Assembly: GCA_963665115.1 (NCBI GenBank)
Contig: OY762007.1
Location: forward strand, 544,001-608,000
DNA: 64,000 bases
Source of the DNA: an uncultured Rivularia sp.
Lineage (GTDB): Bacteria > Cyanobacteriota > Cyanobacteriia > Cyanobacteriales > Nostocaceae
Reading direction: 5' to 3'
In this document: in pieces, positions 43,291-55,079 of the stretch
How positions within the stretch are numbered: position 1 is the stretch's first letter
Layout of the letters: every line of letters starts with the position of its first letter
Program-made: the position numbers and the translations under genes
The notes under the pieces: generated by a model
Database searches by the model: none
Told to the model about the DNA's origin: nothing
What the model saw: only the letters and a program-made list of their open reading frames with translations

Positions 43291-45456
43291 GTATCCGCTC
43301 AAAAAAATGGGGTAAAGGTACACCTTGCGTCGTAGAATATGAAGCATGACGCAAAAACGATCATCTAAAAAATTAGTCACAGCATTATTGCAATCAATCG
43401 ACCCAAAACAGATTGCAGACGAGGACGTGCGTCAAACGGTAGAAGTATTACTCAACTTAATAGAACAGCTAAATGTAAAAATCAAAGAATTAGAAGAAGA
43501 AAATCAAAAACTACGTGATGAAAACAACCGCTTAAAAGGTGAACAAGGTAAACCAGACATCAAAGCGAATAAAAACAAAGGGTTTAAGAAAAACTATTCA
43601 TCAGAAAAAGAACGAAAAATAGCAAAAGAACACAGTAAAGCAAGTAAAAACGAGTCTATCAAGATAAACCGAGAAGAGATTGTAGTTTACCCACAAGAAC
43701 AATTACCAGCAGACGCACAGTTCAAGGGTTATGAGGAAGTAGTAGTCCAAGACATTTTACTTAAGCCAGATAACATACTGTTCCGCAAGCAAAAATACTA
43801 CTCACCAGAAACAGGAAAAACTTATTTAGCGGAACTACCAACAGGTTACGAAGGTGAATTTGGTCCAGGAGTAAAAGCTTTGGTCATGAGTCTATATTAT
43901 GGTGGAAACATGACCCAAGGGAAGTTATTAGAATTTTTAGAAGATATTGGTATCTCGATTAGTGCAGGAACAATATCAAATTTATTAATTAAAAACCAAG
44001 AATATTTTGAAGCTGAATACGAAGAAGTATACAAGGAAGGGTTAGCCAGCAGTCCTTGGCAACACTTTGACCAAACAGGTGCGCGTGTTGCAGGAGTGAA
44101 CCATACAACAAATGTGATTTGTAACCCCTTGTACACAATTTACCAAACAACGCGATACAAAGACCGTTTGACTGTATTAAAAGTATTTCAAAACACAACC
44201 GAACTCTCCTTTGTTCTCAACGAGATGACCTATGAACTTTTGGAGACTTTTAAAGTTCCAATTAAGTGGGTTAATAAACTAAAATTACTATCTCAACAGA
44301 AGGCTTTTACCGAAACTGAGTTTAATTTTTTGATTGGTGAGTACTTAAGTAGACTTGGTTCTCAACACCGTTCTCGCATATATGAATCGGCAGCAATTGC
44401 TTTTTATCATCAGCAATCAACTGTACCAGTAATTACAACTCTAGTATGCGATGATGCTCCGCAGTTCAAGTTAATAACATCGGATTTGGCTCTTTGTTGG
44501 GTGCATGAAGGACGACATTATAAGAAATTAAGTCCGCTTATACCTTGCCATCAAAAACTTTTAGATAATTTTCTAGAAAGATTCTGGGAATATTACAGAA
44601 AATTATTATCTTATCGAGATTCTCCAAGTTGGGATAAAGCTCACGAACTAGAAATGGAATTTTGGACACTTTTTACAGAAAAAAGTGGTTATCAACAGTT
44701 AGATGAGCGAAAACGATTAACTACTTTGAAAGTAAACGAGTTGCTTCTCGTGTTGGAGCATCCAGAATTACTATTGCATAACAACCCTGCCGAATTAGCT
44801 GCTAGGACTATGGTACAACGACGTAACATCAGTTACGCAACCCAGACAAAACAAGGCACAAAAGCGTGGGATGTTTTTATGTCCCTTGTTGACACTACTC
44901 GTAAGTTGGGTATCAGTTTTTATGAGTATATGCGTGACCGCATTTCTCAAGTTGAAAATATTCCATCTTTGGGGACAATTATTCGGAAGAAATCTTCTTC
45001 TAATTCCTATGGTTGGTCATGGATGCCTCAATAACACCCCTGTATATTAAGACTGTGCTAAACCCTCATATCCTTGGTTGTAGAATACTGTAAAGTGCAT
45101 GGATTAACCACATCTATTTCTTCATAGTTTTTATAAGCGATTGAAACTTTTTTAGTTACTTTGATAGCATATTTACAATTTACCTTATTTGCAACTTCCG
45201 CTATTAATCAATTTCTTGATTTTGATTATTTTTATTTATTTGTTGCTCTCACGAGAGATCCAGCAACTGGGGAAGATTTGGCGGCGACAGCGGAGTGCCA
45301 GGTGGGGGCACGATTATTTTCTGTGCCTATGTAAAATCTATCTGCCCCTACCTGGTACCGTCAAATCAGCGTAGCGGTTCCCCAGTTGCGCCGCTGCTTT
45401 TTTTTATCGTAGTTGACATTCAAGACAGCCGATACCCCGAAATTTTGAGGGGATAC
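43291..45456 (+). mobile_element. IS66-family insertion sequence (single-ORF type), 2166 bp
   Basis: Imperfect 24-bp TIRs: GTATCCGCTCAAAAAAATGGGGTA versus the reverse complement of the right end, GTATCCCCTCAAAATTTCGGGGTA. 8-bp TSD CTAATTAC at 43283-43290 and 45457-45464. Confidence 0.9.
43346..45034 (+). CDS. IS66-family transposase
   Basis: N-terminal coiled coil; DQTG, VCDD, CWVHEGRHY and NNPAELAAR motifs. Confidence 0.88.
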   Translation: MTQKRSSKKLVTALLQSIDPKQIADEDVRQTVEVLLNLIEQLNVKIKELEEENQKLRDENNRLKGEQGKPDIKANKNKGFKKNYSSEKERKIAKEHSKASKNESIKINREEIVVYPQEQLPADAQFKGYEEVVVQDILLKPDNILFRKQKYYSPETGKTYLAELPTGYEGEFGPGVKALVMSLYYGGNMTQGKLLEFLEDIGISISAGTISNLLIKNQEYFEAEYEEVYKEGLASSPWQHFDQTGARVAGVNHTTNVICNPLYTIYQTTRYKDRLTVLKVFQNTTELSFVLNEMTYELLETFKVPIKWVNKLKLLSQQKAFTETEFNFLIGEYLSRLGSQHRSRIYESAAIAFYHQQSTVPVITTLVCDDAPQFKLITSDLALCWVHEGRHYKKLSPLIPCHQKLLDNFLERFWEYYRKLLSYRDSPSWDKAHELEMEFWTLFTEKSGYQQLDERKRLTTLKVNELLLVLEHPELLLHNNPAELAARTMVQRRNISYATQTKQGTKAWDVFMSLVDTTRKLGISFYEYMRDRISQVENIPSLGTIIRKKSSSNSYGWSWMPQ

Positions 45457-45466
45457 CTAATTACCA

Positions 45467-47339
45467 TTACTTCTTCCTCACGGGTGCCAAAACAAATAGC
45501 AGATCGGATTGTTCTCGGTCAACTTTAGAAGAAGTTGTGGCGCTAATACTATAAACCGAACCAATAGCTTGTTTAAAGATATTAAAATATGGATTGTTAG
45601 TATATTGCTGCGGTACAAAACCGTAAACCCATGACAGCAAAGAACCCATATTCATGTAAAAATAACCATTATTTGGGCTGGGAAGAGATAAGGTTGCTGT
45701 ATTAAAGTTATAAGCTTTATCTAAAGCAACATAAGGCTGCGGTACTAAATCTGCAAGCGCTCCATATCCCGTTGTCACAACTAAAGTCTTGTCGTCTACC
45801 CAACTATAAGCAAGCAGGCTTTTCGCGGAATCTCCATCAACATCCCAACTAGTTACAGCTTGATTTTTGATGCTCTTTTGGGCAATTTTAACCTCTCCCT
45901 TGGATACAGATGCAATTAAATCTCCTAACTTATTTAACGTATTCTCAGCAGCAACTCGATTGCTTGTTTCAACAGCTAAACCAATTCCCATATCTAAGCT
46001 GGGATTCATAGCTTGAAAAAATCCGCCTTTGGTGGGATACATAAAAAAGGCAAACTCCCCATCCATCCAGCTAATAATATCGCGATCTAAATCCAGTCCA
46101 GTATTGCTGCGGATAAGTCCACGTAAAGTTGTTAAACCATCTTTAAATTCTTTTTGAGAGCTTAATAATTTAGATATTGCTTGCCATCTTAAATTAAGAT
46201 TTTTCCCGTTAACAGCAGAGTATGTTGCTGCTGGCATTCGGGATAATATATTTTGTGTTTTGATATTAGCAGCAAGATTATTTCTATTGAATTCAGGGGA
46301 AGGATAAGCATTTACTTGAAAGCGGACTCCTTCTTTTTGAATCGTAACAAAAGAACCGATACTTTGATATTGTTTCAGTTGTTCTGAAGATAGAATACTT
46401 TCTAAATCAATAGTAGGTAAACCCAAACTTGGATCTTTAATTAAATCTTTTGCGAAATTAATATAGCCAACCGGATCTTGATACATTGCAAACAGTGGTT
46501 TACCTGTTTGGGGTTGTCTAATTGTTTTCTGAAACTGAGAATTTTGAGCTAAAGTTGCAGCTTTCTGTCTGCTAGTATTAATTACTCTTTCAATTGATTT
46601 ATTTGAATAACCAATTGCCAAATGTCCCGGTAAAATACCTAGAACTAAATTAGTTTGCTTTCTTAAATTAGGTTTTTTTAGACTAGGTTTTCTTAAAATA
46701 TTTGGCTTAATGGCTTTATTTAAAGGAGATTTCGGAACCGGAGGTATTGTATTATCCTGCGAAGGTGTACCTGTTTTAGTTTCTAAAATCGTAATTCCCT
46801 TATATTGTCGCTGGTTCAAACCTCCACCAGCTTTAAGTTTATTTAAAAATCTCTGCAAACCCGCTTCGTCTTTCACCGGAAACCAAAGTAACAAAATTGG
46901 ATTCTACCGTGACTTGAGAAGAACCGAGTTTTGGTAAAAATGCAAAGGCTACTTGTTCCCCTAGCCAAGGTTCAATATCTGTTGCATATCCATTTTTGAT
47001 TTGCGGTGGTATCAAGAAAGAGATTCCATTCCAAGCCGATCGAAACAATTGAAAATTTCCAGCTTTTCTCCAAGTTACTGAAGACGTATCAGCCATTGCT
47101 ACCAATGGTGCATCGCTCGGTAGAAAATTCGCAAACTCAGTATTTGTCGCAGTTGATTGAAATTGATTCTTTAAGCTGCTAGGTGTTACGCTTTGAGCCA
47201 AAGTACTATTTAATACATTTGCTTGAGAAATATTAGATTGTACTTCGATCTTATTTGTAGCATCGACCGCTTGGGCAAAACTTGAGCAGCAAAGCAAATT
47301 TAAAGTAGCTATTGCTCCTACTCTTACTAATGATTTCAT
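45467..47339 (-). CDS. DUF3352-like exported protein; +1 frameshift at ~46881
   Basis: Signal peptide, DIEPWLGEQVAFA and DIISWMDGEFA. One-base removal restores VTLVPVKDEAG. Confidence 0.72.
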
Positions 47340-47471
47340 AGCGCATTCCTCAATACTACACGTCTTTTTTCTAACATAAAAGAAAAATAAATCACTTAGT
47401 AGTATTATGTAATATTTTAGTGAAGCGTCAATGAAGATAAATGCTTAATAGTCAAGGATTTATGAATTAGT

Positions 47472-47676
47472 AATTGGGGATTGGTAATTGGTAATTGGTA
47501 ATTGGTAATTGGTAATTGGGCATTGGGCATTGGGCATTGGGGAAAAATTAATTATCAAATTAACTACTAACTCACTACTCACTACTTACTACTCACTCCT
47601 AACTCCTAACTCCTAACTCACTACTTACTACTCACTCCTAACTCCTAACTCTTTACTCACTACTCACTACTCACTC
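47472..47676. repeat. STRR heptamer clusters (ATTGGTA, ATTGGGC, CTCACTA, ACTCCTA)
   Basis: Multiple tandem 7-mers. Confidence 0.85.
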
Positions 47677-48651
47677 TTAAACCGTGATGGTAATTCCCAT
47701 TTCAGCCGAGCGTCTTGCAGCATCGGCAACCTTGAGGGCATATAAACTTTCTTCCGGGGTTACATATAAAGGAGTTCCATCAAAAAGATAATCTAAAACC
47801 ATAGCTGTATCTTTAGCAAATAAACCACGACGGCTAGCAATTTCTATGGGTGTTGTTTCTTGTGCATTAATTAAAAATCCTTCCTGAGAATTAAAAATCA
47901 ATCCCCCATTTTCACCATGCACTTCAAATTTTCGTTCCGCTTCCCACATGGTTTCACCTTTAGCGTATACAACTTCAGCTAAAAGTCCGCTGGTAAAATT
48001 AAGTTGAGTTGTGCAAAAACAAGATTGGTAAAACTCTACTTCTGTTTCCCAAAATCGATTGTGACAATTAACAGCCATCACTTCACCAAATAAATTAGTT
48101 AATCGATGCAATCTTGAAATAGCACCCATCAAAGGGAAACCAAACAAATTATGACTGTAAGTCCACTTACGAGGTGCGGGATTTTCGGGCTTAATAGTAC
48201 TGTAGCGCACGTAAAAAACTTTGCCGACTTTATCTAAATGTTGTTTTAAAGCTTGATGCAAACCACCTAAAAGTTCAATATGCTCTACATGAAGCAGTTT
48301 ATTTTTAGACTTCGCCAAATTTATCAATTCTGATGCTTCCACTAAATCCAAACTTAGAGGATATTCGATAACAACGTGTTTATCGGCTTCCAAGGCTGCA
48401 CGCGCTACAGCACCGTGTTCGCTATTAACATTGCTAATTATTACTAACTCAATATCTTCTTGTATCAACTGCTGTGGAGAAGCTAATACCTTACACTGAA
48501 AATCTTTAGCAAAGGCTTCGGTTTTTGAAAGCGTATTTCCTCCCACAACAGCAATTAATTCAGCCCTTCGATCGTTTAAGAGCGTCTGCGCCCTTAATTT
48601 TGCCGCATAACCAGTACCAACTAAGCCTACCCGCACTTTTAAAATCCTCAA
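47677..48651 (-). CDS. bvdR: Biliverdin reductase (Gfo/Idh/MocA fold)
   Basis: VGTGYAA, KHVVIEYP, LLHVEHIELLGG and PAPRKWTY...FGFP match cyanobacterial BvdR as recalled. Confidence 0.8.
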   Translation of the reverse strand: MRILKVRVGLVGTGYAAKLRAQTLLNDRRAELIAVVGGNTLSKTEAFAKDFQCKVLASPQQLIQEDIELVIISNVNSEHGAVARAALEADKHVVIEYPLSLDLVEASELINLAKSKNKLLHVEHIELLGGLHQALKQHLDKVGKVFYVRYSTIKPENPAPRKWTYSHNLFGFPLMGAISRLHRLTNLFGEVMAVNCHNRFWETEVEFYQSCFCTTQLNFTSGLLAEVVYAKGETMWEAERKFEVHGENGGLIFNSQEGFLINAQETTPIEIASRRGLFAKDTAMVLDYLFDGTPLYVTPEESLYALKVADAARRSAEMGITITV

Positions 48652-48845
48652 CAGCCTAAACCGTCACAGGATTATACATTAATACCAAAAGCTTTTGACA
48701 TCAGTGTTTATCAAGTAAATCTATTAGATATATCATTAATCCTTTAAATCTACCTGATAACTGATTTACAAAACCATAAAAATTGTTCGTGTATATAAAA
48801 ATATTTAATAGGCTTCCCAAAACCAGCCAAAAAGCATAAGTTTAA

Positions 48846-49331
<486 letters not shown>

Positions 49332-49393
49332 AAACAAAGACAACTCTTTTCACAAATCACAGAGTTGACTTTGTAGTTAAGTATTTCTTTAAG

Positions 49394-49442
49394 AGCAGCA
49401 CCGTATCGGGAATTTTCCCCGAGACGCAGTGGCTGCTTTTTT
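49394..49442 (+). terminator. Terminator-like hairpin after petF
   Basis: AGCAGC...GCTGCT followed by a T run. Confidence 0.5.
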
Positions 49443-49444
49443 AT

Positions 49445-49633
49445 TTGGGAATTGGGGATTGGGGATTGGGGATTGGTAATGGGTAATTGGGCATTGGGCA
49501 TTGGGCATTGGGCATTGGGAATGGGTAATTAATTGGTAATAGTTAAGAATTATCTACTACCTCTACCCCCTCTCCCCCCTCTCCCCCCCTCTCCCCCCTC
49601 TCCCCTTCTCCCCTTCTCCCCCTCTCCCCATTC
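49445..49633. repeat. STRR heptamer clusters and C-rich repeats
   Basis: (ATTGGGG)n, (ATTGGGC)n and (CCCCCTCT)n. Confidence 0.85.
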
Positions 49634-49634
49634 C

Positions 49635-51236
49635 TTATTTCTTCCCAACCTTCACCATATTACTGAGCATCTGAATCTGAGTACCGGGATAATAAAATTT
49701 AAGGATTTCTCCATTTTTCCAACCTAGATTAGCTAGATTCATCGCGCCAATTTGACTCAAACCTACTCCATGCCCCAATCCACCACCAACAAACTCATAC
49801 CCCCAAATTCCAGGTTTTCCTTTATTGAGTGCATTTAGGTAAAACAAGGTGCTTCTGGGTGCAAAGAAAGCGCTGCGAACTTCGTCTTTGTATAGGTGGA
49901 AGGTGCCGATATCTGTTTCAACGGCTAGCTTAAGGATTCTCCCACCTTTACTGCGTTTGACTACTTGAATGTCTTTGACGGTTTTGAATTTAGCAAAGGG
50001 ACTATTTTTAACTTTTAAAAATTTCTGCAATCCCTCAGTAATATTTTCTAAACTGCTCTCTCTACGCCAGCGGAACCATTTTTGCTCGCTTTCGTTAAAT
50101 CCTTTATTCAAGCTCATGAATAAACGAAAATTCTTTTCATCCGCTAAGCTTTGTTGAGATAAATTCCAAAATTCCTTCGGTGTATCTACTACTGGCTTTA
50201 AATAAGGACGATTTTCCCCATTCCAAACGCTGGTGAAAGAAGCAGTGACACCACCTGTTGTTGAAGAATACAGCGCGTCTACCAACGCATCTTTATAAGT
50301 CAGTACCATACCTCTGGTTGCGGCGATCGCCTTATCTGTTTTCTCGGTTGCTCCCTTGAGTCCATAGTAAACTTGGCAGTGAGTATCGGCACATAATTCA
50401 TAATCATCCACCTCAAATCTACGTAAATTTCTTAAGGCATAGGTACGAGCAATAATCGTCTGCGCTTGCATGGCGGCTTCCGGAGCATTCGCACCAATTT
50501 CATAAGGCACTACTCCTCGCAAGTAGGTTTCTAATCCTACATTATTGACCAACGAATACGTACCGTAAGCATTGGGCTGTAATTGCATCCTTCCTGCATA
50601 AATACGCTTAGATTTAGATTCTCCGCTTTTGTTATTTACCCTAATTAAATTTTTATCGCTACTAATTTTTAAATAGTTTCGATTGTAGCGATATCCATTT
50701 ATTACCCAACTTGCTTGGGGTACTCGCCGTAAAACCTTACTATCAACATATGCTGTTTTTTTACCGGAGGCTTTGACGCTTTTCAGTAACAAACGTCGCA
50801 ATAAAGGTGTATTATAAACCTCTCTTTTCGCCCACACCTGCCAGCGTTCGGGTTGAGCAATTTCTACCTTTATCCCCTTCTTACGCCACATTTCGGCGCT
50901 GTCTTCCGCAGTTTCAAAAGTACGAAATGTTCCTAAAACCAATCGTTCGTCAAGAACGGGCTGTGTTAAAGGCTGCATCGCCGTCTGTATTTTTACAGGC
51001 TCGGTAGTCACCAAGGTTTGCGACCTTTTATCCGAATTAAAAGTTAACTTTAATTTATCGCCTTCCGTGGGTTCAAGTATCAACTCATCATCGGGATCTG
51101 ACGCAAATCGCTGCACAATCCCAATTTTAAGTTCAACATCAGAAACCTTCGTGGCAGGAACCGATGCTCCTGTAAGTCCTAATAAACACGAGGTTGTAAG
51201 TATTGTAAAAGATAAACGCTCTAAGGAAATTTTCAT
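49635..51236 (-). CDS. SpoIID/LytB-domain protein
   Basis: LETYLRGVVPYEI, ARTYAL, CQVY and GHGVGLSQ motifs. Confidence 0.9.
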   Translation of the reverse strand: MKISLERLSFTILTTSCLLGLTGASVPATKVSDVELKIGIVQRFASDPDDELILEPTEGDKLKLTFNSDKRSQTLVTTEPVKIQTAMQPLTQPVLDERLVLGTFRTFETAEDSAEMWRKKGIKVEIAQPERWQVWAKREVYNTPLLRRLLLKSVKASGKKTAYVDSKVLRRVPQASWVINGYRYNRNYLKISSDKNLIRVNNKSGESKSKRIYAGRMQLQPNAYGTYSLVNNVGLETYLRGVVPYEIGANAPEAAMQAQTIIARTYALRNLRRFEVDDYELCADTHCQVYYGLKGATEKTDKAIAATRGMVLTYKDALVDALYSSTTGGVTASFTSVWNGENRPYLKPVVDTPKEFWNLSQQSLADEKNFRLFMSLNKGFNESEQKWFRWRRESSLENITEGLQKFLKVKNSPFAKFKTVKDIQVVKRSKGGRILKLAVETDIGTFHLYKDEVRSAFFAPRSTLFYLNALNKGKPGIWGYEFVGGGLGHGVGLSQIGAMNLANLGWKNGEILKFYYPGTQIQMLSNMVKVGKK

Positions 51237-51423
51237 AGAAATTCAAAACTAAGGGTGCCCACTCGTGCTACAAACAGTTGCTTAATACTATTAGTGTATA
51301 AAATGCCAGCCGGATACCATCAGAAATTTTTTAACAAATTGCCTAGTTGCAAAATGAAGTCATAACGAGTATGATTTAATCGAGAACATAAAACATTAAT
51401 TATTGGAGGCGGCGATACAGATA

Positions 51424-51684
51424 ATGAAAATTGAAGAAATCCCGCTAAATGAAATAATACGGCCACTTCCCCGTCAAAACGACGCTGATAAAGTAGAAGC
51501 TTTGATGAAGTCCATTGCAGAAATTGGGCAGCAAGAGCCGATAGATTTATTAGAAGTAGATGGGCAGTATTACGGTTTTTCAGGATGTCATAGGTTTGAA
51601 GCTTGTCAGCGTTTGGGTAAATATTCCATAAAAGCCAGGGTACGTAAAGCACCCAGAAGTGTTTTGAAGATGCATTTAGCTTAG
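51424..51684 (+). CDS. srxA: Sulfiredoxin
   Basis: Catalytic FSGCHR motif in a ParB/Srx fold. Confidence 0.9.
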   Translation: MKIEEIPLNEIIRPLPRQNDADKVEALMKSIAEIGQQEPIDLLEVDGQYYGFSGCHRFEACQRLGKYSIKARVRKAPRSVLKMHLA

Positions 51685-51777
51685 TTAGTAGTTAGTTGAT
51701 GGTTGTTAGTAGTTAGTTGTTATTAAACTTAACCACTAATCACTATCCACTAACCACTATCCACTATCAAATTAACC

Positions 51778-52551
51778 ATGAAAACAACAAATAGATTGCA
51801 GGGAAAATATATCCTAATAACAGGTGCTTCCCAGGGTTTAGGAAAGCAGATGGCAATTGATTTTGCTCGTGCTGGTAGTGCGGGGATTGCTATTTTAGCG
51901 CGTGATGGTAAAGCGTTAGAAAAATTGCGTCAAAGTATTTATGAAATTGCACCGCAAACATTCGTTTTAACCATCAGCGCCGACTTAACAAAACAGGAAG
52001 ATATCGAGCGTGCAGTAGCGATAACATTAAGCACCTTTGGTAAATTAGACGTATTAGTAAATAATGCATCAACCATTGGACTTTCGCCGATGCCATATTT
52101 ACTCGACTATCCTTTAGAAGATTTTCGTAACGTCATCAACACCAACTTAATCGCACCATTCCTATTAATTAAAAAAGCATTACCAGCGATGATTGAAAGT
52201 GGTGGTTCCATCATCAACGTTACCAGCGATGCAGGAGTAAATGGTTATCCCGGTTGGGGTGCTTACGGTATTTCCAAATTTGGTATTGAAGGAATGTCGC
52301 AGACATGGGCTGCGGAGTTAGAAGATAGTGGAGTTCGCGTTAACTGGGTAGATCCAGGGGACATGAACACAGCCATGCACCGAGCAGCAGAGCCAGAAGA
52401 AGATTCCTCACAGTGGGCAAACCCCGCAGATGTGACAGAAGTCTTTCTATATCTAGCTTCCGAAGACTCGCGGCAAGTTAATGGACAGAGATTTCAGGCT
52501 CAGGAAGATAATTGGGGGCAACAAACAAGAGAATTAACGATTGTTAGTTAA
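51778..52551 (+). CDS. Short-chain dehydrogenase/reductase
   Basis: TGASQGLG, NNA and YGISK motifs. Confidence 0.92.
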   Translation: MKTTNRLQGKYILITGASQGLGKQMAIDFARAGSAGIAILARDGKALEKLRQSIYEIAPQTFVLTISADLTKQEDIERAVAITLSTFGKLDVLVNNASTIGLSPMPYLLDYPLEDFRNVINTNLIAPFLLIKKALPAMIESGGSIINVTSDAGVNGYPGWGAYGISKFGIEGMSQTWAAELEDSGVRVNWVDPGDMNTAMHRAAEPEEDSSQWANPADVTEVFLYLASEDSRQVNGQRFQAQEDNWGQQTRELTIVS

Positions 52552-52756
52552 CTAATAATGTAGAGACGTTATATATAACGTCTCCCAGAGATTTCTAAAA
52601 AAACGAAAGATTTATCATGCGGTTCATCAAAATGAATCATACAAATTAATAGGCGATGGTATTAATTTTGGCTGGTTCATTTTCCTAGAAACAGCTAGGA
52701 GACGTAGCACTGCTACGTCTCTACATCACATAACACGATTAAAAAATAATTGAGAT

Positions 52757-53806
52757 ATGTCAACACCCTTTACTTTTTTACTACCAACGGAACTCTCCGC
52801 GAAAGAGCCACCAGAGCGGAGGGGAATAGCCCGCGATGGGGTACGGTTGATGGCAATTAATCGTAAATCTGGCGAGGTTCAACATTCTCGTTTTAATGGT
52901 ATAAGTGAATTTCTGCGCCCTGGCGATTTATTAATTTTCAATACGAGTCGTACCCTTCCAGCATCTCTCGAAGGTTGCGATAGCGCTCTTAATAAATGTC
53001 TGGAAATCCGCTTAGCGCAACACCTTCCCGATGATTCATGGCTGGCTTTACTGATGTGTCAGCAGGGGAATCCTTTTGCTTGCGGTTTGCAACAAGGTAT
53101 GAATTTAGATTTTGGAGAAAATTTAACTGCAAGGGTAGAAAATCAAGATATTCATATTCCTCGGTTGTGGAAAATTCGCTTTTCAAAATCCGGTACTCAA
53201 TTAATGGATTCGATTTACCGTTTGGGGAATCCGATTCGTTACGAATATGTATCTAAACCGTGGGATTTAGACTACTATCAAACCGTTTATGCAAAAGAAC
53301 CGGGTTCGGCGGAAATGCCGTCAGCGGGAAGGGCTTTCACCTGGAAGCTATTATTTGACTTGAAACGCTCTAGTATAGAGACAGCGCACATCGTTTTACA
53401 TACAAGCTTATCTTCCTACATGGATGACGAACTAGACGCTCTCCATCCAGCATCAGAAGAAGAGTACTTTATTAGCGAAACAGCAGCACAGAAAATTAAT
53501 CGAACTAGTAAAGAAGGAGGAAGAATAATAGCCGTTGGAACTACTGTAGTTAGGGCTTTAGAATCAGCCGTAGATACAAGCGGCGTAATTAAACCTCAAC
53601 ACAATTACACTCGGTTGCATATTTCAGCAGAACATAAATTGAGAGCAGTAGATGGCTTATTGACAGGAATGCACGAACCAGAAGCCAGTCATTTAGACTT
53701 ATTGACAGCATTTCTACCAGCAGAAGAAATTCGAGTTGCTTATGAAGATGCAGTACAGCGCGGTTATCTATGGCATGAATTCGGCGACTTAAATTTGATT
53801 TTGTAA
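52757..53806 (+). CDS. QueA-family protein (atypical paralog)
   Basis: YQTVYAKEPGS, IIAVGTTVVRALES and C-terminal FGDLNLIL; EMPSAG replaces the canonical AAPTAG. Confidence 0.8.
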   Translation: MSTPFTFLLPTELSAKEPPERRGIARDGVRLMAINRKSGEVQHSRFNGISEFLRPGDLLIFNTSRTLPASLEGCDSALNKCLEIRLAQHLPDDSWLALLMCQQGNPFACGLQQGMNLDFGENLTARVENQDIHIPRLWKIRFSKSGTQLMDSIYRLGNPIRYEYVSKPWDLDYYQTVYAKEPGSAEMPSAGRAFTWKLLFDLKRSSIETAHIVLHTSLSSYMDDELDALHPASEEEYFISETAAQKINRTSKEGGRIIAVGTTVVRALESAVDTSGVIKPQHNYTRLHISAEHKLRAVDGLLTGMHEPEASHLDLLTAFLPAEEIRVAYEDAVQRGYLWHEFGDLNLIL

Positions 53807-53915
53807 TTTACTGGTGTAGAGACGTAGCAGTGCTACGTCTCCCCGTGTATTAGGTTTTGATTTCACCTTTATAATCTGCGTTACTATTAATAGATATTTA
53901 ATACTTAGATAAATT

Positions 53916-55079
53916 CTAGTTAATAGGTTTAGCAATAATATTACCTTTCTCAATTTGCTTTTTAATTTCTTCACTAAAAAGGATTCGACTTGTATTACCA
54001 GAGATAATCTTGGCAAGACTCGATTTATCATCTACATCAATCAGTTCTACCCGAGCTAATGGTAATGTAAAAGTGCGAATGACTTCTTTTGTATCTGGAT
54101 CTACAAATTTTTTTGTTATTTCCTCAATTCTTAACTTCATACCCTTTTGATAGTTATGTAATTTACCGCGATTAAGAACAATAAAATTTCCAAAAGTACC
54201 AACAACAACACTATTTTTATTTACAGATTGCTTTAATAAAGAGACAAAATTATTAGAATTAGCATTTAGCTTTTTCACAATCCTATCGATAGCTATTTTT
54301 GTTGCTAAAGTCATTAAACTGCCTTCATTCTCTGTTGAAGAATGGCTAATTTTTTCTTGCCGATCGGTATTGATAGATAATCTAAATTCAGTACCGCTTA
54401 TAGAATAAATATCGTTAAGATAGTCATTGCGACTAGAAACTGTATTTGTAAAATTATCATTATTAATAAGTCCTATATTTATTCTAGGTACTTGTACATT
54501 ACTTTCAGAAAAATTACTGCTGCCAGTTTCAGTAAAATAATCGATTATTTCACCCGTAGCAGTATTAATAATTCTGATGCTTAATGCGACATCAGCGTTT
54601 GTGTTAGTAGTTGTTTTACCAAAACCAAGAAATCCACCTCCAGATGTCCTTTTTTTAATATCGAATTGAGTTAAAGAACCTATCAATATCGCTTCAACGC
54701 CAAATTGCTTACGAATTTGACACAACTTTAAATTTTTTTTATCGGTGAGTTCAATTTGCATTCTGTCAATTACTATAAAATTACTATCCGTCGCTAACTT
54801 ACTTGCTATAATGTCGGCAATTCTCTTGACTTCTTCTGTATTACTAGATAACGATCTACTATTTAAGCTAGTAGCGACAATTGTGAAATCAGCAACAACA
54901 ATTCTAAGTTTGGGAGATGCGAATTGAGGAGGAATAGAACAATCTTTTTTCTGGATATTCGGGGAAGCTGTTTTATCCTCAGCATTAACTGTTTTTGCGG
55001 TAGTTATTTGCAAAAAAGATGTAAATATTGAAAGAATAATTAACGAGGTTAGGCGACGAACAAAATAGTAATTCCTCAT
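53916..55079 (-). CDS. CsgG/HfaB-family exported protein
   Basis: Signal peptide; IVVADF, FIVIDR, GSLTQF and IRIINTATGEI segments. Confidence 0.7.
   Translation of the reverse strand: MRNYYFVRRLTSLIILSIFTSFLQITTAKTVNAEDKTASPNIQKKDCSIPPQFASPKLRIVVADFTIVATSLNSRSLSSNTEEVKRIADIIASKLATDSNFIVIDRMQIELTDKKNLKLCQIRKQFGVEAILIGSLTQFDIKKRTSGGGFLGFGKTTTNTNADVALSIRIINTATGEIIDYFTETGSSNFSESNVQVPRINIGLINNDNFTNTVSSRNDYLNDIYSISGTEFRLSINTDRQEKISHSSTENEGSLMTLATKIAIDRIVKKLNANSNNFVSLLKQSVNKNSVVVGTFGNFIVLNRGKLHNYQKGMKLRIEEITKKFVDPDTKEVIRTFTLPLARVELIDVDDKSSLAKIISGNTSRILFSEEIKKQIEKGNIIAKPIN

Noticed and set aside
49533..49727. Proline-rich 64-aa ORF
   Set aside because: It is a translation of C-rich tandem repeats.
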